Positions 25,022 through 39,800 of a stretch of 64,000 nucleotides of DNA are shown here, in pieces (within the stretch, counting starts at the first letter, position 1; every line of letters begins with the position of its first letter). The position numbers were made by a program, and so were the translations under genes. The stretch is from Tubiluchus corallicola (Eukaryota; Animalia; Priapulida). Under the pieces are notes generated by a model that worked only from the letters and a program-made list of their open reading frames with translations, searched no databases and had not been told where the DNA came from. Location of the stretch: NCBI GenBank assembly GCA_030141605.1, contig JAQGDQ010000259.1, positions 62,001 through 126,000 on the forward strand, given 5' to 3'.

Positions 25022-25497
25022 GTCACGTGACACAATAGCGCATTTACACAACCTGGTCACAGTTACTTATATGCGGTTACGTAAAAATCTGAATTTGTCG
25101 GCTCGCTGTTATTGAGCACGGCACTTCTAGCAGAAATAAACTGAAGTTTTATGTTACAGTGATTCAAAACTTCATGTCATAAAATGTAATGATCCGCATT
25201 CGCAACGCAACTTAGGATTGCGCAGCGATTCTCGCGATGGAGAACTACTTTACACGCCAAGCAAGATCAATAAGGGACTTCCGGCTTCTGCGCTATGAAA
25301 ATAAATGTAGTAAACGCCCGTTTTGAGGAGATATCAATGTAAAAGTCGATTAGTTGCGTTTGCAAACTTGGAAAACCCTTAGGGGAAAATTTTTATGTTA
25401 AATAATATTTACGGTAAGTACTCATTTTGCTTAAAAAGTTCTGTTTAAAGCGTAGTTATGTATACAGACAATTTCCTGTTTCGTGGAAAAATGGCGT
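25022..25497 (+). promoter_or_regulatory. Probable GABPB promoter and non-coding first exon
   Basis: Locally CpG-rich. GTCACGTGAC E-box (25022-25031), TCTCGCGA (25230-25237), ETS site ACTTCCGG (25277-25284), donor ACG|GTAAGT at 25414, YY1-type AAAATGGCG (about 25488-25497). Acceptor TTTTAG at 25848 lies 16 nt before the ATG. Confidence 0.55.
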
Positions 25498-25864
25498 CTA
25501 TGCTTTATCCGGATCCGTTTGTATAGCTACATGCGCTAAGTGTTTTTAGTTGGCATGTTGTGATGCTGTTCACTTGCTATCAACATGGGTTAGTGATTTA
25601 AAGTAGAGTAAATTAATAGCCGTTAATAATAGTGTTTTGAAAGGTAAATTGTTCTTAATGAAATCCAATCGCACACAACCGAAATAACGTAAAACGTTGA
25701 TCGCAAAATGCTAGATACGATGTCAGGATAATTTGGCTTGGCACACTATCAGATGAAATGATTATAATTTTTTAATGGTAAAATGACAATTCATTTGTTA
25801 GATTTATAAATTGGAATACCTTTTTCACAACTCAGCCTTTTATTTTAGATTAACAGTGACAAGC

Positions 25865-28800
25865 ATGTCCTTAGTTGACCTTGGAAAAAGATTGTTGGAT
25901 GCTTCCAAAAACGGTGATACAGAAAAAGTTCGTCTGTTAATGACCAATGGAGCACCGTTTACGACTGACTGGGTAAAAATAGAAAAAGTGTCAATCTTTT
26001 ATACACTTTGGCAGATTGCAAACTAGAATCCAGCATTAAATGGCAAGGCTAGCTAAACAGGAAGTTTGTACCATGACTGAACAAATAGATAAAGCCCAAG
26101 TTTAGCCATGTGTTACAGTGAAGGATAATTGTGGACTGTCTTGATCACTGGGGATTACAGTATTCTAAGCCTAAGGTGTCCGTTTTGTAATCAGAAAATC
26201 CCTGTTTCATATCCAGATGTATTCTAACTCTTTCACATTTCCTGTCTTTCAAATTTATTTAATTGTGGGTATTTAGCTTCACCTTTATAAAATATACTTT
26301 TAGATGACTGAGTGGAGTTGTACTTGAGTGCCATTTTCCTTATGCCCAGTGCTGCATATTTTGTGTTTAGTATTGTGAAACCCATTCTCATAGTTTGGTA
26401 TTCTGGTGACATGATTGCGATGCCATTATGTTTGTTATATCATATTTTTTGTTGACTCTCCTGACAGTATTTCTAATATAACCGAAAGAGTAATGTTCCT
26501 CAACCAGTTCAAAAACCCAATTACCAAAATGAAAACAATCTGTTTCGAGAAGCCTTTTAGAATGCCAGTCTTTTTAGAAATAGTCAGCCACAAATTGTTG
26601 TTAAACTATAATGAAATTCATGTTGGTGAATGAAACATATATTGTCTTGAAGTGAAATGTACTAATGGTGGTTCTACAACTTAGATGTGCAAATTATAAT
26701 TCCCCGAGTTTGTTTACCACGAACCACAACACCAGTAAAAATCTCAAACCTTTGTTCTTTAAAACTGTAAGAGAAAAACATAGAGGGCGAGAATTCTATC
26801 CATATCTGATGTGAATTTGTACTTGCAGAGTTCGTAAAATTAGATTTGGTGCACCTCCACTTAGGAAATAATATAATCAGTGGCAGCTTGTGTATAGGTA
26901 CTGTAGTACTGCAGCACCCCCTGTTTTCACTCATTATCGATAATATTCAATGTAATTCTTTTTTCCTTAGTTCTTTCTTTATACTTGTGCGGAGCCAGAG
27001 CACGTGAGGGAAGTACAATTTGCTTCGCAGCTCAAGCAATGCAGTGTTTGGCTGCTGTGCGCATGCGGCCATGCGCACATATCTGAGATAAGACACTGTA
27101 CTTTAGGTTGAAAGAGTACTGTCGCTCACTGCAGTACGTGTTGTCAGTTGTCATATGCTTAAGAGCTGTGTATTAGCATATTCTTGAACTGTGACAATTT
27201 AGGCTATTCGTAAGAAAACGATATTAACTTTGTTTAGGAGTTTATCGAGGTTATGTTTAAATTAGTTTGTTTGTTTAAAATTACAATTGCAACATTATAA
27301 CTACATATGCTTGTTTCGTTTTACACAGTATTAAAACAATGGCTAAAAAAATTTTAATTTTGCAGCACCCCCACTAATTTTAGCTACGAGCTGCCACTGA
27401 ATATAACTAATTTTGCTTAAATTTAGGCAACTTTGAAATTGTATATATAGTACACTAAGACGTTAAGCTATGTGCTAATTGCTAATGATCAAATAGAGTA
27501 AAACATGTAAAGTCTAGTTTCTAGTTGTAAAACCTAAATAGCAAAAACATAAAAGCTCTAATATGTATGAATAGCTTTATTTAAATTGATTTTTTGTGTT
27601 TTGTGTAGTTGGGTACTTCACCGCTACACATGGCAGCACAGTTTGGACATGTAGAAACTTCAGAAGTTCTGTTAAGAGCTGGAATTAGTCGAGATGCCAG
27701 AACAAAGGTAGACCGCACTCCATTGCATGTTGCAGCTCAAGCGGGTAACTTGGATATTGTTAATCTTCTGCTTGAACATGGTGCTGATGCTAATGCAAAA
27801 GATATGGTAAGCTTGAAGAATACATTTTGCTACATGAATCAGTTTAAGTGCTTTGGTTAGGGTAAAATTTTTCTTATTTAACGAAAAACTGAAATGTTAC
27901 AGACTGTAGCACATCACACCACATATGCCAAATGTTAATAAATAAAGCTTCTCAGGGCCAGCCTTAAGCCAGTTGGACCAATTTCTTCCAGTTAGACCCC
28001 TCACTTCAGGGGGATATGCCCTTGAGAGTAGAGTAATCTACTTTTTGCTTTTTGTTTATGTACAATAATGCATTGCAGAGAGTGACGGCTACAATTTTTG
28101 TGCAGCCCTTACAGCCATTAGTTTTAAGCTTTGCAGTTATTAGGTGTATGTATTGCTTACATAAATATAAGCAATCTAAAAGATAATTCCTGAATTTACC
28201 CATAGTAACTAGAGCATATCTGCCATATCATCTGTACTTAATGCTATTGTTTTGATGGTTTCCTTAAACAAGTAATGTTGTAACTGTGTACTTTTCAGTG
28301 GTGATCTGCACATTTTGTTTGCTACTTGCCAGGCTTACTTGTATGCGATTTTATCAAAAAGTATAGCTATTTGGTCCATTAGCTTGCATGCACTGCAAGC
28401 GCAGTTTTTAAACGCTTTTAAATCTGCTATTAGAAAGCCCTAGTATATTTTTATTATTCTGCACAGTTTAGCTAGAAACTTGAGTCCCACCAAAATTGTT
28501 TCCAGTAGGGCCCACACACCTCTTAAGACTGGCATTTATCTGTAAAAATGTCCATTGTTCTTTGAACTCCATGATTCTATGCCTAATTTTTACTTAATGT
28601 TTCAGCTCAGAATGACGCCATTGCATTGGGCTGTGGAAAATGAACACGTCTCTGTAATAAAAGCTCTACTGAAGAATGGAGCAGATATGATGTGTATCAA
28701 TAAGTTTGATAAAACTCCAGCAGACATTGCACTGGACCGTGGAGCATTGCACATACGTGAACTTTTATTAGATGTAAGTTGTATAGTCTTATTGTGAAAA

Positions 28801-31800
28801 ATTCCCAGTTCAAACAAAAAGAATTTTCCAGATTACGGACATTTTCGCATTAGGCAATATTTTTTCCTTGTCGCAACAGAGAAAATGCAATCAATTTCTG
28901 CTTCCCATCTCAAGCAATAATAAAGTTCGACTATTTGAAACTGTTCAAACTGTAGTGCTATTATAATAAATTTATTCCTTAAAACTGATGTATACAGTAC
29001 TGTTTATAATGTTGTTGTGTTATGTTATTATGTTGTTTATAATCTTTTCATTTTACTGTTTGTAACTTCTAAATTAGTTGACTTTATTTATGTGTAGTAA
29101 TTTTTGCTAATTAATTTTTTGTTCTACATACCAGTGAAGTGTATTGAATTAATACTTTTGTTTACACAGGATACTAATTATAACAGTACTGTTGTTGACC
29201 AAACAGGGCATGAGGAAGTGTCAGTGGTGGACACTCTAACACCAGAAGACATGCAGACATTACGAGAGGTAAGTGAGCAACGTGATAGTGAATTACTTCA
29301 ACAAAAATATCAGTCAGTGAGGCAATACCAGTTACTACATTAGTATTGTATTTACTGCAGAATAACTAATGTTTACAAGGTTTGTACAGAACAGAAGTCA
29401 TTGTACTCAATCTGAACCAACTTGACAGTAGCAAATTGAAGCTAAAACTTAACACGTTGGATTTATTTTACCGTTGTCACTTAAAGCTAGAGAAGTATGA
29501 CAAATAAATTTGCAAAAAAACTGACTATAAAGTATGAAGTTTATTTATCACACACTGTATAGAAATTTTCAGGCATGGTAATAGTCGTCATCCACTTGAA
29601 AATTATGACGTTACTTGTGACCTTCGTGACTTTTTGCAAGCGCATCATGGCTTTCTGTAAGCGCCACTGCTTAAACTAATTCAAACCTGTGTGACTTACC
29701 TAATGTTATATATCACAAATTTGCTATTTAATTTTTTGTAAAAACTTATTACACTCATATCTCGGTTTGCCAGACCTCGTTTTTACAGATATTGGAAAAA
29801 TCCTGTGCGTTGTTTCGCGAGCTGACCGCTAGTTGGTGGGCCGTCACTTTGTTTACATCATTATACGTCAGTATGACTAAGCAGCACGTAACGACACGTG
29901 TAGCTTGTATGTCAGTGTGTTTAAGTGGTTTAATCAGCATAATTGTGTGGAGTTATTTGTTTGCCAGCAGTTTTTATATACTTTTGCACAGGAACTAGAC
30001 ATACTAGACGTTTTTCAGACAATTAGGCGATTGATTCTACATTATTGTGAGCCTACTGTATTAGCTTAGTATCGGCAAATTCGGACCGACATCTCCCCTC
30101 TTTTATCCGTCAATCCGAGATACGAGTGTATTCTTTAGACGGAAAATATTTTATAATTATTGGTAAATATTATAAACTAGGCCTATCTAATTGCTTAGCA
30201 GTGGAATTTGCCTGAGTTGTTATTAAATATTAAAACATCACAGATAATTAAACAATTAATGAATATGACTTAATCATTTCATTAAAGCGAAAACCTAAAA
30301 TACTAATCTAAAATTGTATAATTTTTGGAGTTTTACATTTTGTGAATAAATACTTGTGTAACAATCATCAGTTTCAAAGTTGCATGTCTTATATTTGCTG
30401 CCTGTATTATACTTTTTTCTGTACTGCACCTTCACAAATTTTATCATGTGCAAATTTATACTTTCATTTTTCAGGTAACAGTGGATTCTAATCCAGTTGA
30501 AGTAAAAATCATCAGACCCAAGACAAGTAATTCCAGCAACACACCAAAGCCACTTTTCATAAATCCAACTGTTGTTAGTTTAGCCAGCAGCTTAAAGCAC
30601 AGAAATGGGAGTGGAGGTATAATATTTACTTGTAATTTTTGTTTGCAATTTCTGACTGTATCAACTATTATATCTTTGCTGACAAGGATCAGTCTCGACT
30701 TTAAAGATTTGACTTTACAAAAAAATGGTCTCTTAAAACAATTAATTGTTTATTCAGTCAAGTCGGGTAATTATTTATAAGGTCAAAAGAATAGCTAAGT
30801 GATCACTGTAACGTTTAGCTATGATAGCTAAGCAGCACTGAATTTACTTAGTAAATGGGTGAGTGAAACTGCTAACTGGGAAAAAAGGCTTTAACTGTGA
30901 TTTCACCTAGCATACTGGCACTGACTGTATCTCGTTGATAGAGATGTGGTTTAAGACTTTCTTCAGTTCAGTGTTTCATCTTACAGCAGAACTATCTTTC
31001 ATAATAAGCGAAGTTCTTGTCCTGTCACAACTATTCAATGAGTAACAATAACTGCCTCTGCTGTGACACAAGAACTATCTGTTAATTTTGTTGTTATTCA
31101 GAAATCAACATTTACAACTTTGCATAAGCAATAGCACTAACATATTTTCTTATTTTTGTGAAGCCACAGAACAAAGCAGTACTTCAGTATTGGCAACTTT
31201 AGCTGCTCTTGCAGAAGCAACAGCACCAATTTCAAGTGCTGAATCTAGTAAGTAATCAGTATACATTCAGCTTTGCTTTACTTTTAGTATTCCAATCTCT
31301 ATTGAAGTGGCTGTATTTGCTTTGACAGAGTAAATGTTTATATCTTCACTATCTCTGGTCAAACTTGGCTCATATTTCTTGACTATCATTTTGAGCCTGC
31401 TGCAGTTTTACTTTTCTGCTAGAAGGAGGGTATTAACTTTTGATAACCATTTTGCTGGTTAGTAATAAACTCATCATATAATTTTTTATAGAAGATCAGT
31501 AGAGGCCTTCATTAGGCTACAGTAACACATGTCCTTGTTACGCTACCATCTTGTGTGGCTGTATTACCATTTTCAGGTGTCCTCAGCTGCACAGCATTAA
31601 CATATGTAATTGAAATTAAGCTACAGTCGTGAATTGTTACAGAAATGCACAAAACTGTATTTGTTCAAATATATAGATGTTGGCTAAATAAAATTTTGAA
31701 AATCTAGGAATACAGAATGAGTCTGAAAGTGTTGCTTATCTCAGCTCATCAGTATTGATGTACACTTTTTATTGAGAATGTAAGCCCAGAAATGATCTGG

Positions 31801-33200
31801 GGATTACACAACATTTACAAGACAATGCTACAAAATTATAGCTCTGGTAGCTATAGCTATGATGCATGTTCCTATTAAATCTTTAGATGTGAGTGCGGCA
31901 GAAACGTTGCATTGGTTACAAACACATGGACTAATGATGGCATCAGACAGTCCCAATTCACAAATCTCCCATGCCATTGAAGAAGGACAACATATTGCTC
32001 TTACAGGTTAATCTTTTCATTTTTGTTTGTTACTATAAGCATGGGATGCCTCTGTTATATTTTGTCCATTCAATAATCGCTTTTAAGTGCATGAATGCAA
32101 CAACAGTAACAAACAGCCTACTCAAGTGCAAACTTAATTGGTTAAGTGCAGAATTTATGGAGTATTCCATGCATTACTGTGCAGTGTCTTTTTTATGTCT
32201 CCAGTTTTTATTACAATTCCTAGTGGTTACGTTTGTTTAATAAGCAGTTTATCGTTGATGTTGCAGTAGCCCCTGCAGTTTTAGGCATTAAAACAGCACA
32301 AAGGCAAATAATGTTTTTAGATGATAATTAACAACATGTAATGTAAGGTCTTACTGCCATATTAAGTGGAAGCTCATGAGTCCAGCATTAACTTGCAGTA
32401 TCTTATAATTTTAAATCTCTTAGTATATGTATTTGCTTATTAATTTCAGCTGATCATATGACCAGGTTATCGTTGTGTGTGCGTGCGCGCGCGCGCGCGT
32501 GCGTGATTATCGAACAACGAATACATTCTTAACTTTATTCAATATACATATCAAACCATCAGTTTTCCTGTTACTAACCATAATTTCATCATTTTAGAAG
32601 CTGGAAGGATGGCTCTGAAACTCAGTAAAGAAATGACTGAGAATTCTAAACAGTATGGGAAGTCCTCAAACAATCTGTCCAAAAAATATGTAACTGTTGT
32701 TAATCCGTTGGAAAAGCTTGGAACTAACAGCCAGTCTATTGTTGTATCACTCTCCGAAAAAGAAGGTATGCATTATGTCATGTCATTTCCATTTTTCTAA
32801 GACGTTTGTAGTCTGGGAACGTGTGTCCTAAATTTGTTAATTTAATCCTGTTGAATCTTAATTTTCCATTTGTCAGTACAACTGGAATTAATTTAAAAAA
32901 AATTTATTCCAGTAAATATCGCATAAAATACAATCAGCACAAACTTTATTAGTATTAATTTTGCTATCTACAGATTCAGCGCCTGCTGCCAAAAAGCTTA
33001 AAATTGAATCATTGAGCAAGGAAAATGGACAATTTTCTATAGATGCAGTGAGTGCTTTGCAAGAAGAATTAGAAAGGACTAGAAAACAGGCTGAATTGTG
33101 GAAACAGCAACTAGAAGAAAAAGCCAAGGAAGCTTCTGAATATAGAGAAAAATTATCAGTTTTAGAAAAATTATCTCAGTCATCTCAACAGATGGCGTAG
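25865..33200 (+). CDS. GABPB1: GA-binding protein beta subunit (ankyrin repeats plus C-terminal coiled coil), 437 aa; GABPB1/GABPB2 co-orthologue
   Basis: Coding exons: 25865-25972, 27609-27806, 28606-28773, 29170-29268, 30475-30616, 31164-31247, 31887-32006, 32598-32765, 32974-33200. Sum 1314 nt. Diagnostic sequences are [11 protein letters not shown]...[16 protein letters not shown]...[18 protein letters not shown] and [13 protein letters not shown]; C-terminal [33 protein letters not shown]. Confidence 0.93.
27953..28536. mobile_element. hAT-like MITE
   Basis: CAGGGCCAGCCTTAAG ... CTTAAGACTGGCA imperfect inverted ends; no clear target duplication. Confidence 0.45.
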
Positions 33201-35113
33201 CCATTACTTGAAGATTTAATTCTGCAGGGACCATTTCATTGTACAGTAAATTCTATGTAGCTCAGATTATTAAAGACTGAATAATTTGTCCATCTTGTGT
33301 GACTAATCCAATATAAGTTTGGTAAAATTACACATCAGATGTGCAATTTGTTATTCTGTGAATGCAATACTTGCATTGTATGGCTATTTATAGAAGAAAA
33401 ACGTGATGATCAAATTTGTACTAAAACCTAACATTTTAAAACTTATACAGATTCGTGTGATAATCTGAGTTACATAGATAATGTATTTTGCTATTTTTTA
33501 TAGTATTGCAACATATATGTATATATATATATATATACATATATATAAACTATCTTCCACATAATTTGTCTGAGAGCCTGAGTTAAGCAGTTCTGAATTA
33601 TATATAGCCTGTTATACTTATAATGTGAATAGTAATTGCTTTGAACACTAAACTGGTGAATGCTATGAATCATGAACCCACCACTACAGTTGACATAACC
33701 ACATATTTTACAGCAGCCGATTGTCTGCAAATTGACGTCATTATTTAAATCCTATGATTTGTCATAATAATTAGAAGGTGTTATAACAATGCACATCACT
33801 TGTTACGTATTAAACTAATTGCTGTTGTAATTACTTCATTGTATTGTAATAGTGCCTCCAGTACCATAGTTAAAAATATGCAACATTGTTTTCTGTTTTA
33901 CTACCAACGAGTTTTGCCATTTCTTGTAAGAGTTAACAGGATTTCGACATTGTGAGTAGTTACAATATTGTGGATATCCCTTTACCACTGAGCCCATTAT
34001 TAATAGTGCACCCACTCTGCAAAATTAGAAACAAACTTTCTTTCTAGAGATTATAAATATTAAATGTGCTACATGTTGACATTAGTTTGTTCTTTTATGG
34101 AGCAGTCATAACTTTAAAATATCATTTAAAATATATTAAAATATTCTTTTTTAATGTAGGAAAAGTTGTTAGTAAGAAATGGCCGAACAGTACCCTTTCT
34201 AAATAACAGTCATACAACCAGTTCTCTGTTGATTTGGAAAGGAATGAGTCGATATCTTTCTATTGTAGATGTTATATAGGTTATTTTAAATTTCTCGGCA
34301 TTTATTATGTATTCAGCATCGTTGAACTGATCTATATGAGTACTTACTCATATGTAAATACTCTGTGTAAATACTTTGTTAAGTAATTATAATTTACAAG
34401 TTTTGTATATAGGGTTGAAATGGAATGTGTTTTTATTTGTGATATAACATTATGTATATAGGTACTTGCAGCTTGTGGAACTTCATGTCGGATTGGAGTC
34501 ACTTTGGTCATTATCAGTGATCTATGCCTGTGTCAATTGATACAGTGCACATAACTGAGTATGGACTCGGTAGTATGCTGGCTTATAACAGTAACAAAAT
34601 ATTTGATGTTAATTATTAATGTGCACTCATACTGTCCCTTTATTTTAAATTTCTGTGTGTGTGAATTTTTCTTGAATTTTGCTAAGATGTCAATCTTTGA
34701 ACTTTTACTACATTTTTTGGAACTTTCCATAAGAATCTTTAAATCTCAAGAGAATAACTCTAGATTGATGATTGCTCACAAAACAAACAGCTATTTGGAA
34801 AGAAACAATTTGTGCAATGCTTTAATAGCAAAATATGCCTGGCAGTATACTACCTTATGCTAGATACATTAACGATTTGACATTACCACTTTCATGGCTT
34901 ATTATCCTGGTGTAACTGCACCATATTACGAATAATTTAAACCTGTATGTACGTTTGTATGTAATTATACTGCTTGGGTAATTTTGTGCATTAAACTGTT
35001 ATTTTTTATCGGTTGTGACTACAAAATAAAAATATTTTGTATATGAATTTGCAATACAAATTACAAGGTGACTTATTATCCGTATTTAATAATTTTGCAT
35101 CCATACTGAAGTA

Positions 35114-35563
35114 CAGTCAACCTCGAGTATAAGGTACTTGCTTATAAGGGACCACCTACACCAATTCCAATTTTTCGTAACATTTTTCCTATGCAAAAAT
35201 CTTCGTATATAAGGTACTCAGATATAAGGAACTTTCGGTTATAAGGGACAATATCTTCAGGTCTTGCGCAATAGAAACCCAGGTAAATTACCACGCATAT
35301 ACCCTATGATCAAAGCAAAATTGATTCAATTTTTAACCTCAATTTTTTGCAAACTTGGCCTTCGAACAGTGCGGTTTCCACGGTCACATACATCTCACAT
35401 CACTGACTGTGTACCAATAATCCATAAAAATATGGGTAAAAGAACAGAATAGTACAGGTCTAGGTACACCCTCGGTCTGACTCGACTTCAGCTATAAGGG
35501 ACATCGAATGTAAGGGACGGTTTTTTCCAGTCCGGAGGTGTCCCTTGTATCCAAGATTGACTG
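35114..35563. mobile_element. pogo/Tigger-like MITE
   Basis: TA|CAGTCAACCTCGAGTATAAGG ... CCTTGTATCCAAGATTGACTG|TA, with repeated TATAAGGGAC subterminal motifs. Confidence 0.85.
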
Positions 35564-36849
35564 TACATTAGCATACACTAAATGAAGCATTATGGGCATT
35601 AAAACAGAAATTGATTGTTTAGCATTATTAGCTGTTTAATTACCAAACTTGTTTGTACGTAGGATTAGCAGCTGTTTATTTATCAAACTGCCAATTTTTC
35701 ATGCCCCAAACAAGGCCAATAGTCACACAAGGTAAGGGACTACAGTGAGACAGTGAAAACATCCAGAGAAATAGAATTTCTATAACTAGTATGCTAGAAA
35801 CAGAAGTTGATATTCTCCTTGAACTAAATGAGGTTGTTGTTTCTGGGAAATAATTTTCTGATAAAAAATTTTGACAAATAAGAAGCCCGAGGGGAAAAAA
35901 ACGATTTATAAAATTTATAAACTGTTCTACACCTAAGAAATGGAAGACCAAGGGAATTAACTGCTGTCACTTACTATTAGAACTAACTACTCTTATTTTT
36001 CTTTGAAGCACAATAAACCCGTGTATAAATAGTGACAGAAAAATGAGTGTAGCAAGATATCTGCATGAGAGCAAGTACAGTTCCACCAATATTGAAAGTT
36101 AAACTATTCCTTCACGGTAAACTGGTGTTCTATTATTGAATTGTACTTATGCTGATATTGCTTGACATTGCTAGTGGAGATCTCCCTAAAACAGATGTTG
36201 AGGAAAGACCACAATCTAGTTCACTATCAAGAATGAACCCCTTAAAAGGGAGTAGCCGAGGTATCTCAGGCATGTTTGCACATGTATAATACATGCTCCC
36301 TCAAAGCTACAAACAGCTGGAGCAGTATGACAGATGTAATTGCCTTTTCAACTTTTTCAGAAAAAAATGAAACTTGTGTTTAAACTTTTTTTTCTAAATT
36401 TCATGAAAATTTGATTCCGATGTGAAGCTTAACAATACAGAACTTTTGAAATGCAATTTCCTCCAAAAAATCCTAAAAAGCATTTAAAAACCTCTAGAAT
36501 GAAGAACATGCAAGTAATAAACGTCGCTCAAATTTCTGAACAGCAGAAGATATATCGGTTTTCATAGCGCTATAATAGGCCCAACTGGAGAAGCTGATAA
36601 GCAAGTTACGAAATTCCTAGTTGAAAGAAGCTTTGGTTAATTGTGCAATTAACCAAAGTCTTAAGATGGCAATTTCGATTTTTTCTAAATATTGTAGATA
36701 CAATAATCATTTTTACAACAACAATGCAGCCTTACTCAGAAGTAACAATAATAAGCTTTAATACTTAACAAAAATAATTTACATCTACATGGGATTTGAA
36801 GAATAAATAACTGTACAATTCGACAAAAAGACAACGATTTGGTGCATCT

Positions 36850-39800
36850 CTATTCTTCTCTAGCGTCTAATTTATCTTCTAATATTATAGTTCTATCAAC
36901 ATCTTTGCCAGTAATTTCTAAATGATGTGGAGTTGACTGACCAGACACAACTTGATGCAAATAATCATCAATAGTCTGTTCTGTACACTTCGCCACAAAT
37001 CTAATGAAAGGTCTCACATCTCCTCGATTGCCCTCTCTGAGATGCTCGTAATAGTCCAACCTGTTGTCTACTTTTATAATAACCGGTGGGTAGCCAGCTT
37101 GCATCAGTGCAAGGTTCATGAGTAAACGAGACGTTCTACCGTTACCATCAATGAACGGATGAATATAAACTAGCTTATAATGCACAAGAGCCGCATATTC
37201 AATAGGATGAAGGCTAAGAGCCTCCGCAGAATTCAACCACTCTACAAACTCCTGCATTAATGTTATTATAAGCTCTGGTTTTGGAGGTGCAAAATCACCA
37301 ACGTACACCTGAGTCTTTCGAAATACACCGGCTTCCATGGGGTCAACAAAACCAAGAACCTGTTTGTGCAACGTCAATATATCGTCCACAGTTATTCTGC
37401 CTATTTTTTGCAATAAACTTGAGTCCAAAAACTGCAGGGCTGCATCTAAACCTAAAACCTCATTATGCTCCACGATACTTTTTCCAGCAATAGCCATTCG
37501 CGTTTCTACAATTGTCCGAGTTTGAATTAAGTTTAGTGTGTTTCCCTCCATAGCATTCGTGTGATAAATGTGCTGAAAATACGATTCCTTTTTCGCTCGT
37601 TTAAACGCTAGGTTAGTATCAGGCACTTGCAAAAGCAGTTCTCTTTTCTTGTCAATCATGTTGTAATATCTTTGATCCAATTCTTCTACAAGAGGTAATG
37701 TACGTTTATGATTTCGCTGTGCTAATTCATGACTAGGACTCACCATAAGGGCACGAGCATACATATGATCAGCAAGAATTATCTCTTTTTGTTCCTCTAA
37801 CATTCGACCATATTCAACAAGAATCTCAACATGGAGGGGATCCAAATTTAATGCATGCTTAAACAGTTTGGATGCTTTCTTGAGTTTTCCATTAGCTTTC
37901 ATTTCTAATGCTACATTAAAGGCAGCTACTGCCTCAGCTTTCAGATCTGCAAAAAAACTGGATTAGTTAAAAATTTTAATATAAAAACAACAGGTTTTTT
38001 CTGAATTTATCTGGCACCTTTATAGCCTTCCAAAAGACAAGACTACGGGGCGGATCCAGGCGCCAAGGGTGGCATAAAGCATCTATATGTGCTCTATTGT
38101 CAATGTAACCGATTTAAAGGGAAAGAAAAGGGAATTTTAAAGTGTATCCCTAAAGCTTTACATACAAAGTTATATTACTTAGCATTAGACTTACCTGTTT
38201 TGAAAGACTTATGTGACTGGAAAAGAAAATTGTTAACAAGAGCATTTCTCGTGTAACCAAATTCAGATTTATTACTGTAGTGCTACGTACATTTAGAATT
38301 TAAAATTCATGTATTAGCTAGCCACTTTTAAGTTGACTGTCTTTTGTAAAAACAACAAAAGTCAGTTGATTTGAATTTTTACAAAAGTAGGCGACAAATG
38401 GCTTAGTCCAATTTGCTCATACAGATCTTGCTTTAAAATTTGGATTCACGTTTAAATATGACCCAAAAGCCCAAATTCAAAGGCACACATGTGGGCAGGT
38501 CTTCATTTCTAACCCCCTACAGTTAGTGAGCTAGGACCAAAATTTTTGGCATGTGAGCAGAATGTGACTGTATGGAGTCAAGTTCTTGCATGTGGCTGAA
38601 TATGGATTATTTGGACATGAAAAAAATTTTCACTATGAGTAAAAAACCAAAAACTGACCCAGCTACATTCGTTTTTCCAGTACTGAAGAACAGTAGCTTG
38701 TAATAAATCAAATGAAAAATCTAAACAAAACAAATTAAATGGTGCAGATTGACCCTTGACCCACAGGTCTCTGATTAAAGACAAGTTGTCTCTGATGACA
38801 AGTTCCACTCTCAATGAAACAAAAAGCTTGCAATTCCTAGGTAATCAAGCATGGCAAATTCAATGAAGGCAATATTTAGATCTTGAGGTCTGAGGTAAGA
38901 ACGCCAAATAAAATGGGAGCAGTACTTCTTATGTATGTCTGTTTGTGAGTAGCTTTTGTCATATTGCAACAGATGGTCGGCTGAGGAGCACCTGATTAGC
39001 CGTTGCCAGGTGTACACCACTGGTTGATGGACATCTGCCAAATTATGTATTCTTAGTTAATCAAACACAATGAAAAATAATTTTTCATTGTCAAGTTATG
39101 TAAAACTAAGAGGGTCAAAAGAGGTGGAATGCTATAGAGCACTCAGTGTAGGGTGTAGGGACAGTTTGGTATTCCAGATTCCCACATTCAGTGTTTTTCT
39201 GAACCCACATATGTAGTTTTGGAAATTCTGACCAAGCACCATGTACAAAAATAAAATGTCCGTCCAACCCTACATGTGGACATCAGAAAGCGATTCGATT
39301 TGAATTCCAGCTTTGTCTTTGCACTCGCGCAGTATTGGTCATGAATGTTACTGCATGGATCTAATAAGTAATAACATTCATCATTTCACACAGTTTCGAC
39401 TTCGCACAAAATGCTTTTGTGTGCCATCGCTAGTTTATTTATAAAACAAGAGCAACCACATAAACCAGAAGTGGAATTTCACTACTGTCTTTGGCACAGT
39501 TAAAAATGCCAATTAGCTTTTCTTCGTAATACTGTGTTAACTTCATCAAATTGAAGGTCCTAACACATTACTAACATAAGTAAACCAATGGTGATGCTTT
39601 CAGCTTGTGAATGTCGTACTAGCGTGAAACTTCATCTAGTGCAAATAAAAATAGTTTACAGTGGTGCATTTAATAAAAAAGGTAGAAGTATCCCCAAACT
39701 TCTCAAGGTAAAGGGGCGCCACACCCTACACCGCATATTGAACATGCAGTGGAGTACCTTAACAGTTATTAGTAGTTATTATTGCTCATTGTCTCTATTT

